Below are positions 52,029 to 64,000 of a stretch of DNA of 64,000 nt, piece by piece; position 1 is the stretch's first letter; each line of letters begins with the position of its first letter. Source of the DNA: Octopus bimaculoides (Eukaryota); NCBI RefSeq assembly GCF_001194135.2, contig NC_068988.1, positions 78,849,513 through 78,913,512 of the forward strand, given 5' to 3'. The notes beneath the pieces are model-generated. The model made no database searches. It was not told where the DNA came from and saw only the letters and a list, made by a program, of their open reading frames with translations. Position numbers and translations under genes: made by a program.

Positions 52029-54964
52029 NNNNNNNNNNNNNNNNNNNNNNNNNNNNNNNNNNNNNNNNNNNNNNNNNNNNNNNNNNNNNNNNNNNNNNNN
52101 NNNNNNNNNNNNNNNNNNNNNNNNNNNNNNNNNNNNNNNNNNNNNNNNNNNNNNNNNNNNNNNNNNNNNNNNNNNNNNNNNNNNNNNNNNNNNNNNNNNN
52201 NNNNNNNNNNNNNNNNNNNNNNNNNNNNNNNNNNNNNNNNNNNNNNNNNNNNNNNNNNNNNNNNNNNNNNNNNNNNNNNNNNNNNNNNNNNNNNNNNNNN
52301 NNNNNNNNNNNNNNNNNNNNNNNNNNNNNNNNNNNNNNNNNNNNNNNNNNNNNNNNNNNNNNNNNNNNNNNNNNNNNNNNNNNNNNNNNNNNNNNNNNNN
52401 NNNNNNNNNNNNNNNNTCAATATATATTTCAGTATAAAGAATTCATTAAGATGCTTAAATCAAAATTTCTTTACACATCATTCAGGAACAGATATAACAT
52501 CAGAAAAAATACATTCCGTTTAAAAACACAAACCGTTCATGGCGAAAAAATTTCACAATATATATATATATATATATATACTCACATGTACACATACATT
52601 CATATATCTAGAGAGAAGGAGAGAGAGAAAATGAGTCATTGACAGATATATAATAATTTCCTTCCTCAAAGTACATGATTTCATAAGTGACTGGCTATTT
52701 AGTAGGAAGAGAATTAAAACAGCTACTGGATTTGTTGTAAATGAGATGTTAAATTATATGACGTTTGAGTAATTAGTTAAAGCTACCTTCACGCCAGTTT
52801 AGTTGAAGAACAAATGCTTCTGGCAAACGTAAAGAAATAAAACATTTTAAATGTTGGTTACGTATTCAAATAACATGTTTTTGTATTCTCTTTTATTTTC
52901 ATTTGTTTCTATAGACTCTAAGGCATAATATTTGAACATCGTTGTCTTCTTTTAGATATTTTCAAAATGGCTCTTATCACTTCAAAGAAATTAATATATT
53001 TTAATTTTTACACTTCAAAGCCATTTTGTTAGTACATGACAATTCATTGACTAGTTAGAGAGTCTGTTATCACATTTAAATCATCTGTTTATCAGAAATT
53101 TAATTTCCTAGAAGCCAAAATACGTTTCTAAAACCAAATCAAACTTGGAAATCAGTAAATCGATAATTATTTTTACTAGCAACTTCAGATGTCGGTCTGT
53201 GATCGGCGTATTTAATGTATAGTTGTCGTTATAGCAATGTGATACTGTTCGCTTCGTTTCTTACAACTGTGTAGATTATACATTATAACAGTAAATCATA
53301 CCATTCTGTCTAGTAGGCGCCATGGTACATGATAGCATAATGTCATTGGTTACCCTGCTAAATCATATCTGTCATTTGATGCTCTCTTAGAACATATTGT
53401 GCCATTCTGCATTATACTATAACGTGGCATTTGGTATAATATCAGTCCATATAAGATAACATACAAGATAACACACCATAGCAATCTATTATGCTGATGT
53501 TATTTAAGACGATAATAAATAGTGTGTGAAGGCACCTAATAAATAAAATTATGAGCCTAGAGTATCCGGAATGCGTTAGCATGATAGCTAAATTGATATT
53601 TTCTTCTGGTGAGGTTTTCCTAAGCATTATCTTTACCACGGTAACTATATTAATGCATGAAATTGAGTGCACATTTCTCCTTCTCACAACCTGGTTAGCT
53701 TTTCTGTAGCTTCTTCCCTAACAAACAGAGAGTATATGAATCCCACTGCTATACATGCTCGATCATGCATAGTATTCAATTGATGTTAAATGTGTTCTCT
53801 CCCAGCCGAAAACCAGTGAATTGACGAAACGTAAATAGACAACAGAAAATGATGCTACCACCGACGATAAAAAATGGCTGAATTTGTTTTCAGAGAAAAA
53901 AAAAAACGGGAGTAAAAAAGAAAATATAAAAAAAAGAAGTAAAACAGGAGATTCAACTGCATATAGTGATATTTTAACGGTGTCAAACAATTTTGTTATT
54001 TTGGGAGCTGATTTTAAAATAAGTTTGGCATAAAAGAATTTTTTTCTCTCCAACTGATCTGAAAGATTGTGAAAATGGAAACTCTATTTTTAAGAATTTG
54101 CTGAGAAACTACCTTAGGAACTTACTTCTTAGACTGTAATAGATATGTCATAAGAAGAGATATATGCCTATTTAGGCGACACGAATTAAAAATATATTGC
54201 AAAATACGTATTAGAGTTGAGTATGTAGGTGTAAAAGTCAGGATTTCATGAGTATATTCTGTAGTTTACAATTTATTTTAGTTTTAATTTCCTCATTCTA
54301 GAATATTAATTCAAATGAGTAGGTTAGATCTTATTTATAACTGCAAAATGGTTGTGTTAATAATTTCGTTTTATAACCTTAGTTCGATCGCACTGCATGT
54401 CAGTTTGGGCAAGTGTTATCAATTATAGCGTCGGGTAGTTAATATCTTGAAAGAGACATGCAGTAAAGTGAGACTGTAAGTGATTTTACCCGTATGTACA
54501 CCTACATACACGTGTGAGTGTGTGTGTGCATGTAAACAACAGTCATTTGTGCACAATACAACGAAAATCGGAAGAAGTGAGATAAATTTAAATATTATAA
54601 GGCCCCACTGTGCGTTAAATACGAATCTAGACATTTTTCTATGCTATTGATGTACAGGGAAAGAGGGGAGGATTTTCCTGACGCATTTTAGGATTTGTTG
54701 ACTACTCTTCACAGAAATATGCTCGGCTTCCTTCGCCAATTAGTAGCAGAGTTTAGATACATATTAAATGGTGATGCATTACGCTAGCTTCATAGCCTAA
54801 TAGCAAATTAGGTTATCCATTGCGTAGATATAACACAGGACGGGGTTTTATCGCACAACTTTCGATTCCGTGTAGATTTTTGTAATTTATGAAATTTAAT
54901 TCATCTATGTATATATGCTGTATAACGTCTTTCACCATTTTCTTCTCGTTCTTTGCACAAATTA

Positions 54965-55086
54965 TCCTTACGGAGTCGGTTAAATAGATACCAGTTACGC
55001 ACTGGAGTCGATATAATCGACTAGCCCCCTTCCCCAAAAATTTTCAAGGCCTTGTGCTTAGAGTAGAAAATAATAATAATAATAAC

Positions 55087-55131
<45 letters not shown>
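54965..55131 (+). mobile_element. 3' half of a family-B SINE with (AAT)n tail
   Basis: ggagtcggttaaatagataccagttacgcactggagtcgatataatcgac...ggccttgtgcttagagtagaaaa(taa)n. Confidence 0.8.
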
Positions 55132-55132
<1 letters not shown>

Positions 55133-55964
55133 TCAAGAGTTGATCCTTGGTACCTCTGCACTTACGCTTGCAACCCTTCTGCTCATGTGGCAGGACTCCA
55201 TTTTTTTCCAGATGTTCGTACATTGACTCTGCGAGCTTTCCAGTCAATAACTTCCACATAAGTGGCAAACAGGATATCGGCCTGTAATTGTCTACCATAT
55301 TGCCTTTTCTGATGTTGTTCAGGCACAGCACTGTCCTACCCATTGTCAACCACTCTGGTGTTCCTTGGTGATCGGTATTTAACAAGGTGTTGAGTTGCGC
55401 AGCTATTCGTGCATGACATTCACCAAATCTTTTGATCCAGTAGCCTTGAACTCCATCTGGTCTCGGGGCCTTCCAGTTGCTCATATTTTTGCTGATTTCC
55501 TTCACCTCCTTAACTGAAATGACTAGTTCTGTCTGTTTTGGACAGACTACTGTTTGTTTCAGTTCTTGCAACCATTCAGCACCCTTTTTGTGCTTCTTGT
55601 CTTTGCTCCAGATGTCACTCTAAAACCATTGACTTTCAATGTTATCTGGTATCAACTTTTCATCTGTACGCTCTCCATTTATTTCTTTATAGAATGTCTT
55701 CTGGTCTATTCTGGTGGTAACTCTTCATTCTTTGGTCGTATCTTACCATCTTTGCTTTCTTTGCAACGAGGCGCTGTTTCAGTTCCTCCACTACTACTTG
55801 CAGGCCCTTTCTTTCAGTATTATACTTCCTTTTCAGCGCCTTGTATTTTTGTTCGCCTTTAAGCTCCCCTTTCTATTTTCGGTCTTAGCACAAGGATTTC
55901 CTTCGAGAGCATGTCTAACCCTGCTTGGATTCTTCTTTTCTACCATGGATCTTTTTTTTTTTTT
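55132..55964 (-). mobile_element. R4/Dong-clade non-LTR retrotransposon, pre-RT and RT N-terminal piece
   Basis: KDPW*KRRIQAGL ... NWKAPRPDGVQGYWIK ... PEWLTMGRTVL ... NYRPISCLPLMWKLLTG ... EQKGC..RGTKDQLLI. Confidence 0.9.
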
Positions 55965-56016
55965 NNNNNNNNNNGATTCTTCTTTTCTACCATGGATCTT
56001 TTTTTTTTTTTTTTTT

Positions 56017-57204
56017 GATAATAATGACAATGATGAAAGGAAACGGGTTCAGCCTCCTCTTCTTCATGAACTGATTAATGATACATCTAGTGATGGTGTC
56101 ACAATAAAAACACTGGTAATTGCGCAACCTGATAATCGCTACCTCATATGAGCAGCAATGAAAAAACAAAATATTGTGAATAACGGTGGTAACGGAACTG
56201 AAACCAATGATGGTGACAGTGTTACACCCGTTAGGCTCAGAGATTCTGGTCCGGCTCCAGCCTGTCGATATCCAGAAAGGGACCACCACACACGGCGTAT
56301 TAATGCTGTGGTCATGGAGTGTTATTACCTGAGCAACCCGGTAGATGAAAATAGAGCTCAAATTAGGAGTTACCGACAACGTATGTCTGATCATTGAAGG
56401 GAAAAGGGATTGTTTCAACTCACGGAACCGACACTATGTGATCAAGCTAGAGCTATAAGAAAACATCGTTGGTTCACAGAAGTAGAACTCGAAGCCATCA
56501 AAAGACGGGTCTTGGAAAANNNNNNNNNNGATTCTGGTCCGGCTCCAGCCTGTCGATATCCAGAAAGGGACCACCACACACGGCGTATTAATGCTGTGGT
56601 CATGGAGTGTTATTACCTGAGCAACCCGGTAGATGAAAATAGAGCTCAAATTAGGAGTTACCGACAACGTATGTCTGATCATTGAAGGGAAAAGGGATTG
56701 TTTCAACTCACGGAACCGACACTATGTGATCAAGCTAGAGCTATAAGAAAACATCGTTGGTTCACAGAAGTAGAACTCGAAGCCATCAAAAGACGGGTCT
56801 TGGAAAATAGCAGCAGAGATAACGATGAAAATACAGTTCTTACTAACAAGAGTAATCCCATAGCACAGGAAAGCAGCAGTGGTAGTTTACTTGATGAGAG
56901 ACATATGGATGATCTAAAAGAAGACGATAAAACTAATAGTGACATGACATGAACAAATGGCAATCTACGACAGGATAAAGGCAAGACTACAGGAGAACGA
57001 TAGCGACATTATTTGGAACCTTGAAAATGTTGATCGATGGAAATTGAGCCAAGAAACGAAAAATGTGAATGAAATTCTGAAATACATCAGAACAAACATC
57101 ACAGAAACAAATAATTTGATTAAATCAGCAAGTATTGTTGTAGCAGAAAACGTGGGTGTTGATGTTAAGAAAAAGAAACATAATGGGAGTGAGAAAAGAA
57201 AAAA
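56017..57204 (+). mobile_element. R4/Dong-clade element 5' piece (N-terminal domain), opposite orientation to its continuation
   Basis: MKKQ...VVMECYYLSNP..YRQRM..H*REKGLF.LTE..LCDQARAIRK..WFTEVELEAI...KNVNEILKYIRTNITETNNLIKSASIVVAENVG. Confidence 0.85.
56242..56807. other. Probable assembly artefact: 278-bp exact duplication either side of a 10-N gap
   Basis: 56242-56519 appears identical to 56530-56807; similar overlap around the gap at 55965-55974. Confidence 0.85.
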
Positions 57205-57251
57205 TTATTATTATTATTAATATTATTATTATTATTATTATTATCATTACG

Positions 57252-57479
57252 AAAGACAGCGAGCTGGCAGAATCGTTAACACGTCGGGCAAAGTGCTTAG
57301 AGGTACTTCGACCGTCTTTATGTTCTAAGTTCAACTTCCACCGAAGTTGCATTTACCTTTTTATTATTTCATGGTGATACAATAAGTACCAGCTGTGTAC
57401 TGGGGTCGATGTAATCTACCATCCCCACCCCTAATTTTCAGGCCTTTTGCCTATAGTAGAAAGAATGTATTATTATTAT
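57252..57479 (+). mobile_element. Family-B tRNA SINE preceded and followed by (ATT)n
   Basis: aaagacagcgagctggcagaatcgttaac...aagttcaacttcc...aataagtaccag...ggccttttgcctatagtagaaag..attattatt. Confidence 0.88.
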
Positions 57480-57480
57480 G

Positions 57481-57619
57481 AAAGACAGTGAGCTGGCAGA
57501 ATTGTTAGCACACCGGGAAAAGTGCTTAGCGGCATTTCGTCTGTGTTTACTTTCTGAGTTCAAATTCTGCTGAGGTCGGCTGTGCTTTTCATGCCTTCAG
57601 TGTTGATAAAATAAGTAAC
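57481..57619 (+). mobile_element. Second family-B SINE in head-to-tail tandem, cut by an N-gap
   Basis: aaagacagtgagctggcagaattgttagc...gagttcaaattctgctgaggtcgg...gataaaataagta. Confidence 0.85.
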
Positions 57620-57699
57620 NNNNNNNNNNCTTCCTCCTCCTCCTCCTCCTCCTCCTCCTCATCATCATCATCATCATCATCGTTATTGTTGTTATTTCT

Positions 57700-58236
57700 T
57701 CGTCTTGAAGTGTAGATGGAAAATGCACCGGAGTATTTAATCATTAGTCACGTCATAGATGGATAGATAATAACTTAGATAGATAATAATTTTCTTTAAA
57801 TGTGCGCAGTACTTAGCAAGGTTGCTTTATGCATGATACCGGTTTTGCATAGTATTCCCAACCACTTTACGAAATCTTGAAGTTTCGATGGCATCTACCC
57901 TAATGCCTTAATCACAACTGATATCACAGGAATTCAAAATAGTCATAACATTTTCACTTTCAATTCGAAGTATTTGGTGGTATTTTCAACCTCTTTATTC
58001 GCAGTATACATGTCATTTGGCATGGCTACGTCAATGACCTGACAGTACTTGTCTTTCTTGTTCAATACTACCATATCCGGTCGGCGATGCTCAATTACTT
58101 TATCAGTCGGAAAATCATAATCCGAGAAATATTGATCGTTTCCCATCTTCCTGCATTACTTTAAGAGCTCATACCAATTGTTTGTTACTTTGTATTGGTA
58201 TTTACAATATAAAGACCAATGAAGATACAAACAGAG
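57700..58236 (-). mobile_element. R4-clade 3' end: REL endonuclease, ORF end and short 3' UTR
   Basis: LHWSLYCKY..NNWYE ... HRRPDMVVLNKKDKYCQVIDVAMPND...KEVE..KYFEL ... ISVVIKALG ... HKATLLSTAHI*RKLLS. Confidence 0.85.
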
Positions 58237-58432
58237 GATTTTATTAGTGCCCAGGCTCAGATAACATAACAAACTGGAATACTAAATCGTCAAGATAAAG
58301 TTTTATGTTTAGCCAGCGAAGCCTCAGACTTTGAGTTGAATCGGCTTTTGTTGAGGCAAAATTTCAAACAAGAAATAATAGTTACTAAGGCACGTGGAAC
58401 AGAGGGATCGAAATCACATACACACACATATG

Positions 58433-59690
58433 CAGTACCTCACAGAAGTGTGTACACCCCTAAAAGAATTCAGTAAAATTGCCATTACTCTGATAATATC
58501 GAAGGAAATCAGACGAAATTTATACTGAATAAAATATGTTATGCATGCAAACGTTATACAAATTTGGAACACAGAACAATAAACATTTTCAAAGATATGA
58601 ACGAAATGTTAATTTTGAAACGATACAAAAATATTTACACCCCAAAGGAAATTTGCAATATTCAATATTCTATCTACTTTTTTTTTTTTTTTTACTAAAT
58701 TCAGATATTGGTGATAATTTCAATTCTTATAAATTATTTCTCCTGGCATTTTTACACCGGTCGTTGTTATTGCATCTGCAGGAATCCTGATTTATGTACC
58801 GTGGTGAAAATCTTCATTGTGATTAAAATGGCACCGAAAGGAAAAGAATTGTCTGAAAATTTAAAGAAAGTTATCTTTAATTTGCACAAGAATGGTTTAG
58901 GATACAAGTTAATTATCAAACGACTACATATTAGCATAAACACAGTTGCCAAAGTAATTCAGGAGTACAAAGCTACTGGACGGCTAAGCAATAAACATTG
59001 TCCAGGTTGTCCTTCTATTTTAACTATACGTGATATTCACCACATGAAACGTTGCGTGATGGACGACAGGCATTATACCGCTTCATCTTTAGCCCCAAAA
59101 TTGTCTTCTGTTATTGGAAAGAATGTATCCGCCCAAACAGTTCGCCGAAGTCTGAGCCAGTGTGGTTTTCATGGACGCATTTCTTGTAGGATGCCTCCCC
59201 CCACTACCAGGCATAAATCAAGTTGTCTTCCATTTGCCGAAACCTATGTGAGTAGGGGGAAGGAGTTTTGGAATAAATTCTTTTTTCTGACGAGACTAAA
59301 ATCAACTTGTTTGGGTTAGATGTTATCAAACTAGTGTGGCGACAACCAGGTGAAGATAATAGCGACAAATGCACCGTACCTACCGTGGAACACAGCGGTG
59401 AGAGTGGTATGCTTTGGGGATGCATGAGTGCAGCTGGTGTGGAAGGACTCACATTTATTGAAAGAACAATGGATTCAAGGCTTTATTGTGACATATTGTG
59501 GAAAACAATGTTTGAAAGCATCAAGGAACTAGTAAGACATTCCATGTTCCAGCATGATAATGACCCTAGGCACACTTCAAAGATGACGACAAAGTTTTTA
59601 TCAAATAAAAAGGCAAAGGTATTGCCTTGGCCTACCATGTCACCTGATTTAAACCCAATAGAACATCTTTTGGAGAGTCTGAAGCAACGT
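58433..59690 (+). mobile_element. Tc1-family (DD34E) DNA transposon: left TIR and frameshifted transposase, right end not recognisable
   Basis: Terminus CAGTACCTCACAGAAGTGTGTACACCCCT; ATG at 58828 MAPKGKELS; SDETKINLFG, QHDNDPRH, 34 residues to SPDLNPIE. Confidence 0.92.
58828..59690 (+). pseudogene. Tc1 transposase, one frameshift near 59285, C-terminus lost
   Basis: ORFs 58708-59319 and 59307-59732 join into HTH + DD34E domains. Confidence 0.88.
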
Positions 59691-61214
59691 CTTACCTACT
59701 ATTGTTCCCAAGTCTACCTTGACCCGGAGTAGAAACACCTGTCAGGGTTCCAGCTATTGTTTAATTGGAATAAATATAAAACCACCGGGAGCAAGAGACC
59801 CCTAGCTGTTGTAAAAAACCGCGGCTTCACGTCACTGCAGGTCATTATGCTTTGGTTTGTCACTAATTACTAATCACGGAGACTTAAAGAGATTATAATC
59901 CTTTTCAGAAACAATGTAATTATTAGCCGCCTGAACTTACTAGCAGGGATGGTTGAGTTGGGGTGTACTTGTTTCTTCTAGTGATGGATGCAGTTGAAAT
60001 GTTTTATATTGTTTATGACAGCCCTTTAGTGTTTCTTCGTGACTGAAGATACTTCTGTTTAAAGTTATTCCGGATTTGGCCGAATTGTTTTTTATTCGAC
60101 ATATCTAGAGTTGCCTCGTCCGACGTGTCATTTCTTTTCGAAATGGTAATGTACGGTTTAAGGTTGTTATTCACAGAAAGTCGAGCGGTCGTGAAGAAGC
60201 TTTCTCGTTCACATCTGTAGACTATATATCCTACCACCTCCACCACCACAGCTAAAATCACCAGCATCATCACCACCATTACCCCCACACACACGACGCA
60301 GACACACATCATCACCCCCACCCCATCCACCACTATTACATCCTCCATTCAAGCATCTCCATCACCCCTCTACTACTACTGCTACTACTACTGCTGCTGC
60401 TGCTTCTGCTACTACTACTACTACTACTACTGCTACTACTATTACTACTACTACTACTACTACTACTATTGTTATCTCACTATCACTAATGTCAACATGT
60501 ATGTTGCTACCCTTGCTTGTCCAAGATCACTTCCTCTTTCTGGTAGGACGGAAATCTCCATTTGATTTTGCTCTAGTAGCTATAAATAGCTGTCAAGCTG
60601 AATATTTAAAATTCCTCGACAAGAAAAGATTCTATTTCCGAGCCGTTTCTCTTTTTCTCTCTAATTCTATTATTTTCTCCAGTAGAAGAAACTTCTATTG
60701 ACATGTTATCTCTGTTTCTGTAAGCCATAATTATATGAAGAACGTCTTTTTTGTTCATGGAAGAAGGAAAACAACTATTACCTTTAGAGCATTTTAGAGC
60801 GATAGAAGCGAGGGAAGAAGTTTGACTTAGACCAGACATCTAACTCGAATAATGTCCACTGGAAAAAAAAACTGGAGAACAGTTCGTGGGGTGGTGGTGG
60901 TGGTGGTCTGGCTGGTGGCAATGGGCTCCTGTACAGTGAATACAATAATCAGCGATAAGGCTTTGGTTGATATAATACTTCTTCAAGGAAGAAGACCATG
61001 TTTTCAGTCTATATAACTAAAAATGGTTTTCTAAATACGGTTACACCTTTTACCCAGGCATAATGCATCTAGGACGTCACTATGCAATGTACACTTTATT
61101 TTCAGAAGGGAGTAATTTGAGGAAGATTTGATTATTGTTAATAGTTAGTCGATTGATTATGTAGAGGTTAACTTGTCATAACAGGCAAATACTGTTGCGT
61201 GACATAAGTTCTCA

Positions 61215-61310
61215 TTAGATGAAAGGTAAAGTGGTAAAGTTGACTTCGGCGTGATTTGAACTTAGAGTGTATAGCGATGTTAATGAAATAACGCAGGGAA
61301 TTTTCTCTGA
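61215..61310 (-). mobile_element. Degenerate family-B SINE fragment
   Basis: gatgaaaggtaaag...aaagttgacttcggcgtgatttgaacttagag. Confidence 0.55.
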
Positions 61311-62173
61311 TCTACCAATTTTGCTAAACATTGACCACGCTTTAAAAAGATATGTAACGTTGTTGTTACCGTAAGAGGAAGCCAAACCGGCATCATTGAG
61401 GTAAGGAAAAAATTATCAACGGCACCGCTAATTGACATATTTGACACATTATTAATTAACATTATAGCATAGCCTGGAAAAAACGTGGATTACATGAAAA
61501 AATGCGATCAAGAGAAATAATTCTTAAGATTATAAACCTGGAAAAGTACAAGACAAGTTATTACACTTTTTCCTGGCGTATTTAGCACAAATGTATAGGA
61601 TCTGGAGAGATTGCAATTCTACAGTCAGTTCACGACCTGTGAATAAATATAAAGACGCGGTTTATCTTATGCATTTTACCAAAATGGCAGGAATATGCAA
61701 AAGGATAGTGTGATCGATCCTGAGTTCATTCAATACGAGAAAGCAAGAAACTATACTATTTTCTGAGAATTTGTCTTCTGTCATCTGGACTAATTTTCAC
61801 AATTATGGTCGTAAAGCTGTATTAATCTAGAAGCAGATGTAGAAGCAATGTAAAGATGCTACTTTAAGGAAATAGCCTCATTGTAACCAAGCTAGTGGAA
61901 GAGATTGAAAGTATTAAATCTGTACTCTTGTAGTAGACAAGATAGAAATGAACTGATATAAATATGGTGGATTCTTGAGTGATTTTCACCTTTAAAATAT
62001 TCAGGCTCTATATCAATTACCTAACAGGTTGTCACGGTATTATCCTGAAGATTCTAACATCCTTATCAACATCAAGATCAGCTACAAGTGACAGCTTAGA
62101 CTTCAAAATTCTGTAACGCCATATCTTACGACATAAACTGAGAAAGCTACATGGAATGATTGTTAACGTTTTC

Positions 62174-62520
62174 GAGAAACCCTGTGCACAGTTGTAGAAA
62201 TTAGCTGCCCAGCGGATGTTAACATAAAGCTCAAGATCAATGAAAAACGTAACTATTAAGAAATCTACAGTTTCTCTATCCAGATTACAAGTTCAGGTTA
62301 ATACCTTTAATTAGTGGGGCCTTCGGATATGTAACACACTGCCTAAATACCAATCTTGAGAAATTAGGCTTCTCAAAACCAGAAAGGAGAAAGCTAATTC
62401 GAAGGCTACAGATCCAATCCAGCACTGGAACTGTAAAAATCTGTAAAACTTTCCAGAAGTTTATCATTTAAATATATATGAGCATGTCTAGATATGTAAG
62501 TATATGCATGAGAATACATA
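62174..62520 (+). mobile_element. REL-endonuclease LINE 3' end, same family as 3418-3731
   Basis: CTVVEISCPADVNIKLKINEK...YPDYKFRLIP..GAFGYVTHCLNTNLEKLGFSKPERRKLIRRLQIQS; shared 3' UTR atgagcatgtctagatatg. Confidence 0.85.
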
Positions 62521-62572
62521 TATAAAACATACATACATATGTATATAGCATACATACATAGATACATACATG

Positions 62573-62623
<51 letters not shown>

Positions 62624-62625
<2 letters not shown>

Positions 62626-62678
62626 TCTTTTATTCTTTTACTTGTTTCAGTCATTTGACTGCGGCCATGCTGGAGCAT
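62624..62678 (-). mobile_element. 3' tail fragment of an OR2-like SINE
   Basis: ttcttttacttgtttcagtcatttgactgcggccatgctggagca. Confidence 0.85.
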
Positions 62679-63039
62679 TTGTAGATAGAATTTGAAGATT
62701 TGTAACNNNNNNNNNNNNNNNNNNNNNNNNNNNNNNNNNNNNNNNNNNNNNNNNNNNNNNNNNNNNNNNNNNNNNNNNNNNNNNNNNNNNNNNNNNNNNN
62801 NNNNNNNNNNNNNNNNNNNNNNNNNNNNNNNNNNNNNNNNNNNNNNNNNNNNNNNNNNNNNNNNNNNNNNNNNNNNNNNNNNNNNNNNNNNNNNNNNNNN
62901 NNNNNNNNNNNNNNNNNNNNNNNNNNNNNNNNNNNNNNNNNNNNNNNNNNNNNNNNNNNNNNNNNNNGTGTTTGTTCTCTCTATGTTTATCCCCGTGTGG
63001 GCAATAAATAAATAAATATAAGAGAGTGATTAATCAATT

Positions 63040-63315
63040 AAATCGACCCCAGTACTTGACAAGTATTTTAATTTATCTACACCAGTACTTGTCTGCTACT
63101 TAATTATCGACGCTAGTATTTGTTTGGTACTTTAATTTCGTGACTTCCAGTGCTTGATTTGTACTTCATTTTATCGACCCAAGAACTGGAATGGTATTTT
63201 ATTTTGTCGTCTCAGGATAGATGAAAAGAGATTGATCATGATAGGATCTGAATTCAGAGTGTAAAGACCTCCCACAAAAGACCGTAAGGCATTTTGTCCA
63301 ACGCTCTAACGATTC
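63040..63315 (-). mobile_element. Family-B SINE with ~5 tandem copies of an internal 31-33-bp unit
   Basis: Units like atcgaccccagtacttgacaagtattttaattt repeat across 63046-63210, followed by gatgaaaagag...gaattcagag...gcattttgtccaacgctctaacgattc. Confidence 0.7.
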
Positions 63316-64000
63316 TCTTAAATATTTTTTCTTTCCTTATCATTGACACAAGAACGGTGAATATAGGGACAAGTTGCAAAAAGTGTAATCGAATGAATGG
63401 AATCTTGGTTGCAATCCCTTTGTAATATAGGAGTTTACTGTTTAAAAAGCTGTCCCTTTTCCCTCCTTGCACTCTTTACACTGAATTAAGTTCTATTTAA
63501 GCTGATCCGGAAGCTGGTTATAGCTCTTTAATTGCTAGGGGAGTGAAAGGCAAGCAGTATCTAGCTCGGGGCTCTTCGTTGAACTCCCTGCTACCATTAT
63601 AAATTAGGTATCGACCACGGAACCAGCTGCGCAGACAATTGATGCGACGGCCTCAGCTTCCTGCAAATTTAAGGTCACTTAAAGACTTTTTGTTATATAA
63701 TATATTTTTTCCAGGACGATAGGTGTATGTGAAGGGGGACGGGATAATCCACCTCCTCTCTTTCTCTCTCTTTATTCCGTTCTTCAAGAACTTATATATT
63801 TTTCAATAATACTCCCTCTTGATCTTATGGTATGCATTTCTCACATTGCACACACACAAACACACACGCATGCACATACACACACACACATACATAGTGT
63901 CATAATATGAATGCGCACATATCTATGTATGTATATATATGTATATACACATGCGTATGTTTATAATATATATATATATGTGTGTGTATATATATATATA

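Noticed and set aside
56242-56807. Apparent tandem duplication in the R4 N-terminal region
   Set aside because: Copies look identical and flank a 10-N gap; typical unmerged contig overlap.
59960-59992. ggggtgtact as possible right TIR of the Tc1
   Set aside because: Only 9-10 bp match; the rest does not fit the left TIR's reverse complement and there is no terminal CTG|TA.
60606-60870. Possible minus-strand exon (ttttttttccag acceptor, ATG TCT GGT..., AAG|GTAATA donor)
   Set aside because: Only ~20 codons, no recognisable homology, and no partner exons found; such splice-like motifs arise by chance.

Overview
Eukaryotic, AT-rich, microsatellite-saturated draft-assembly window with 17 N-gaps. 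I could not support any host protein-coding exon, so it is probably intronic or intergenic. Its SINE complement (OR2-like tRNA/CORE SINE, (ATT)n-tailed tRNA SINE) suggests an octopod cephalopod; this is recognition from memory, not a database result. Nearly all long entries in the ORF track are microsatellite or N-gap artefacts. The real coding signal is transposon debris: a ~3.1 kb Tx1/L1-like element (ORF1 zinc knuckle, APE, RT), three R4/Dong-clade pieces (the 5' piece inverted), two 3' ends of another REL-endonuclease LINE, three RTE 3' fragments, a Penelope-like GIY-YIG fragment, a DD34E Tc1, and two mariner-like (probably DD41D) halves. The best lead is two unrelated short dispersed-repeat families, two copies each, carrying minimal type I hammerhead ribozyme folds that share a non-canonical CCGANGA core (16934-16972, 18925-18966, 23677-23781, and a core-deleted copy at 13462-13548). 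The window also has many fold-back elements. All alignments and folds were done by eye.
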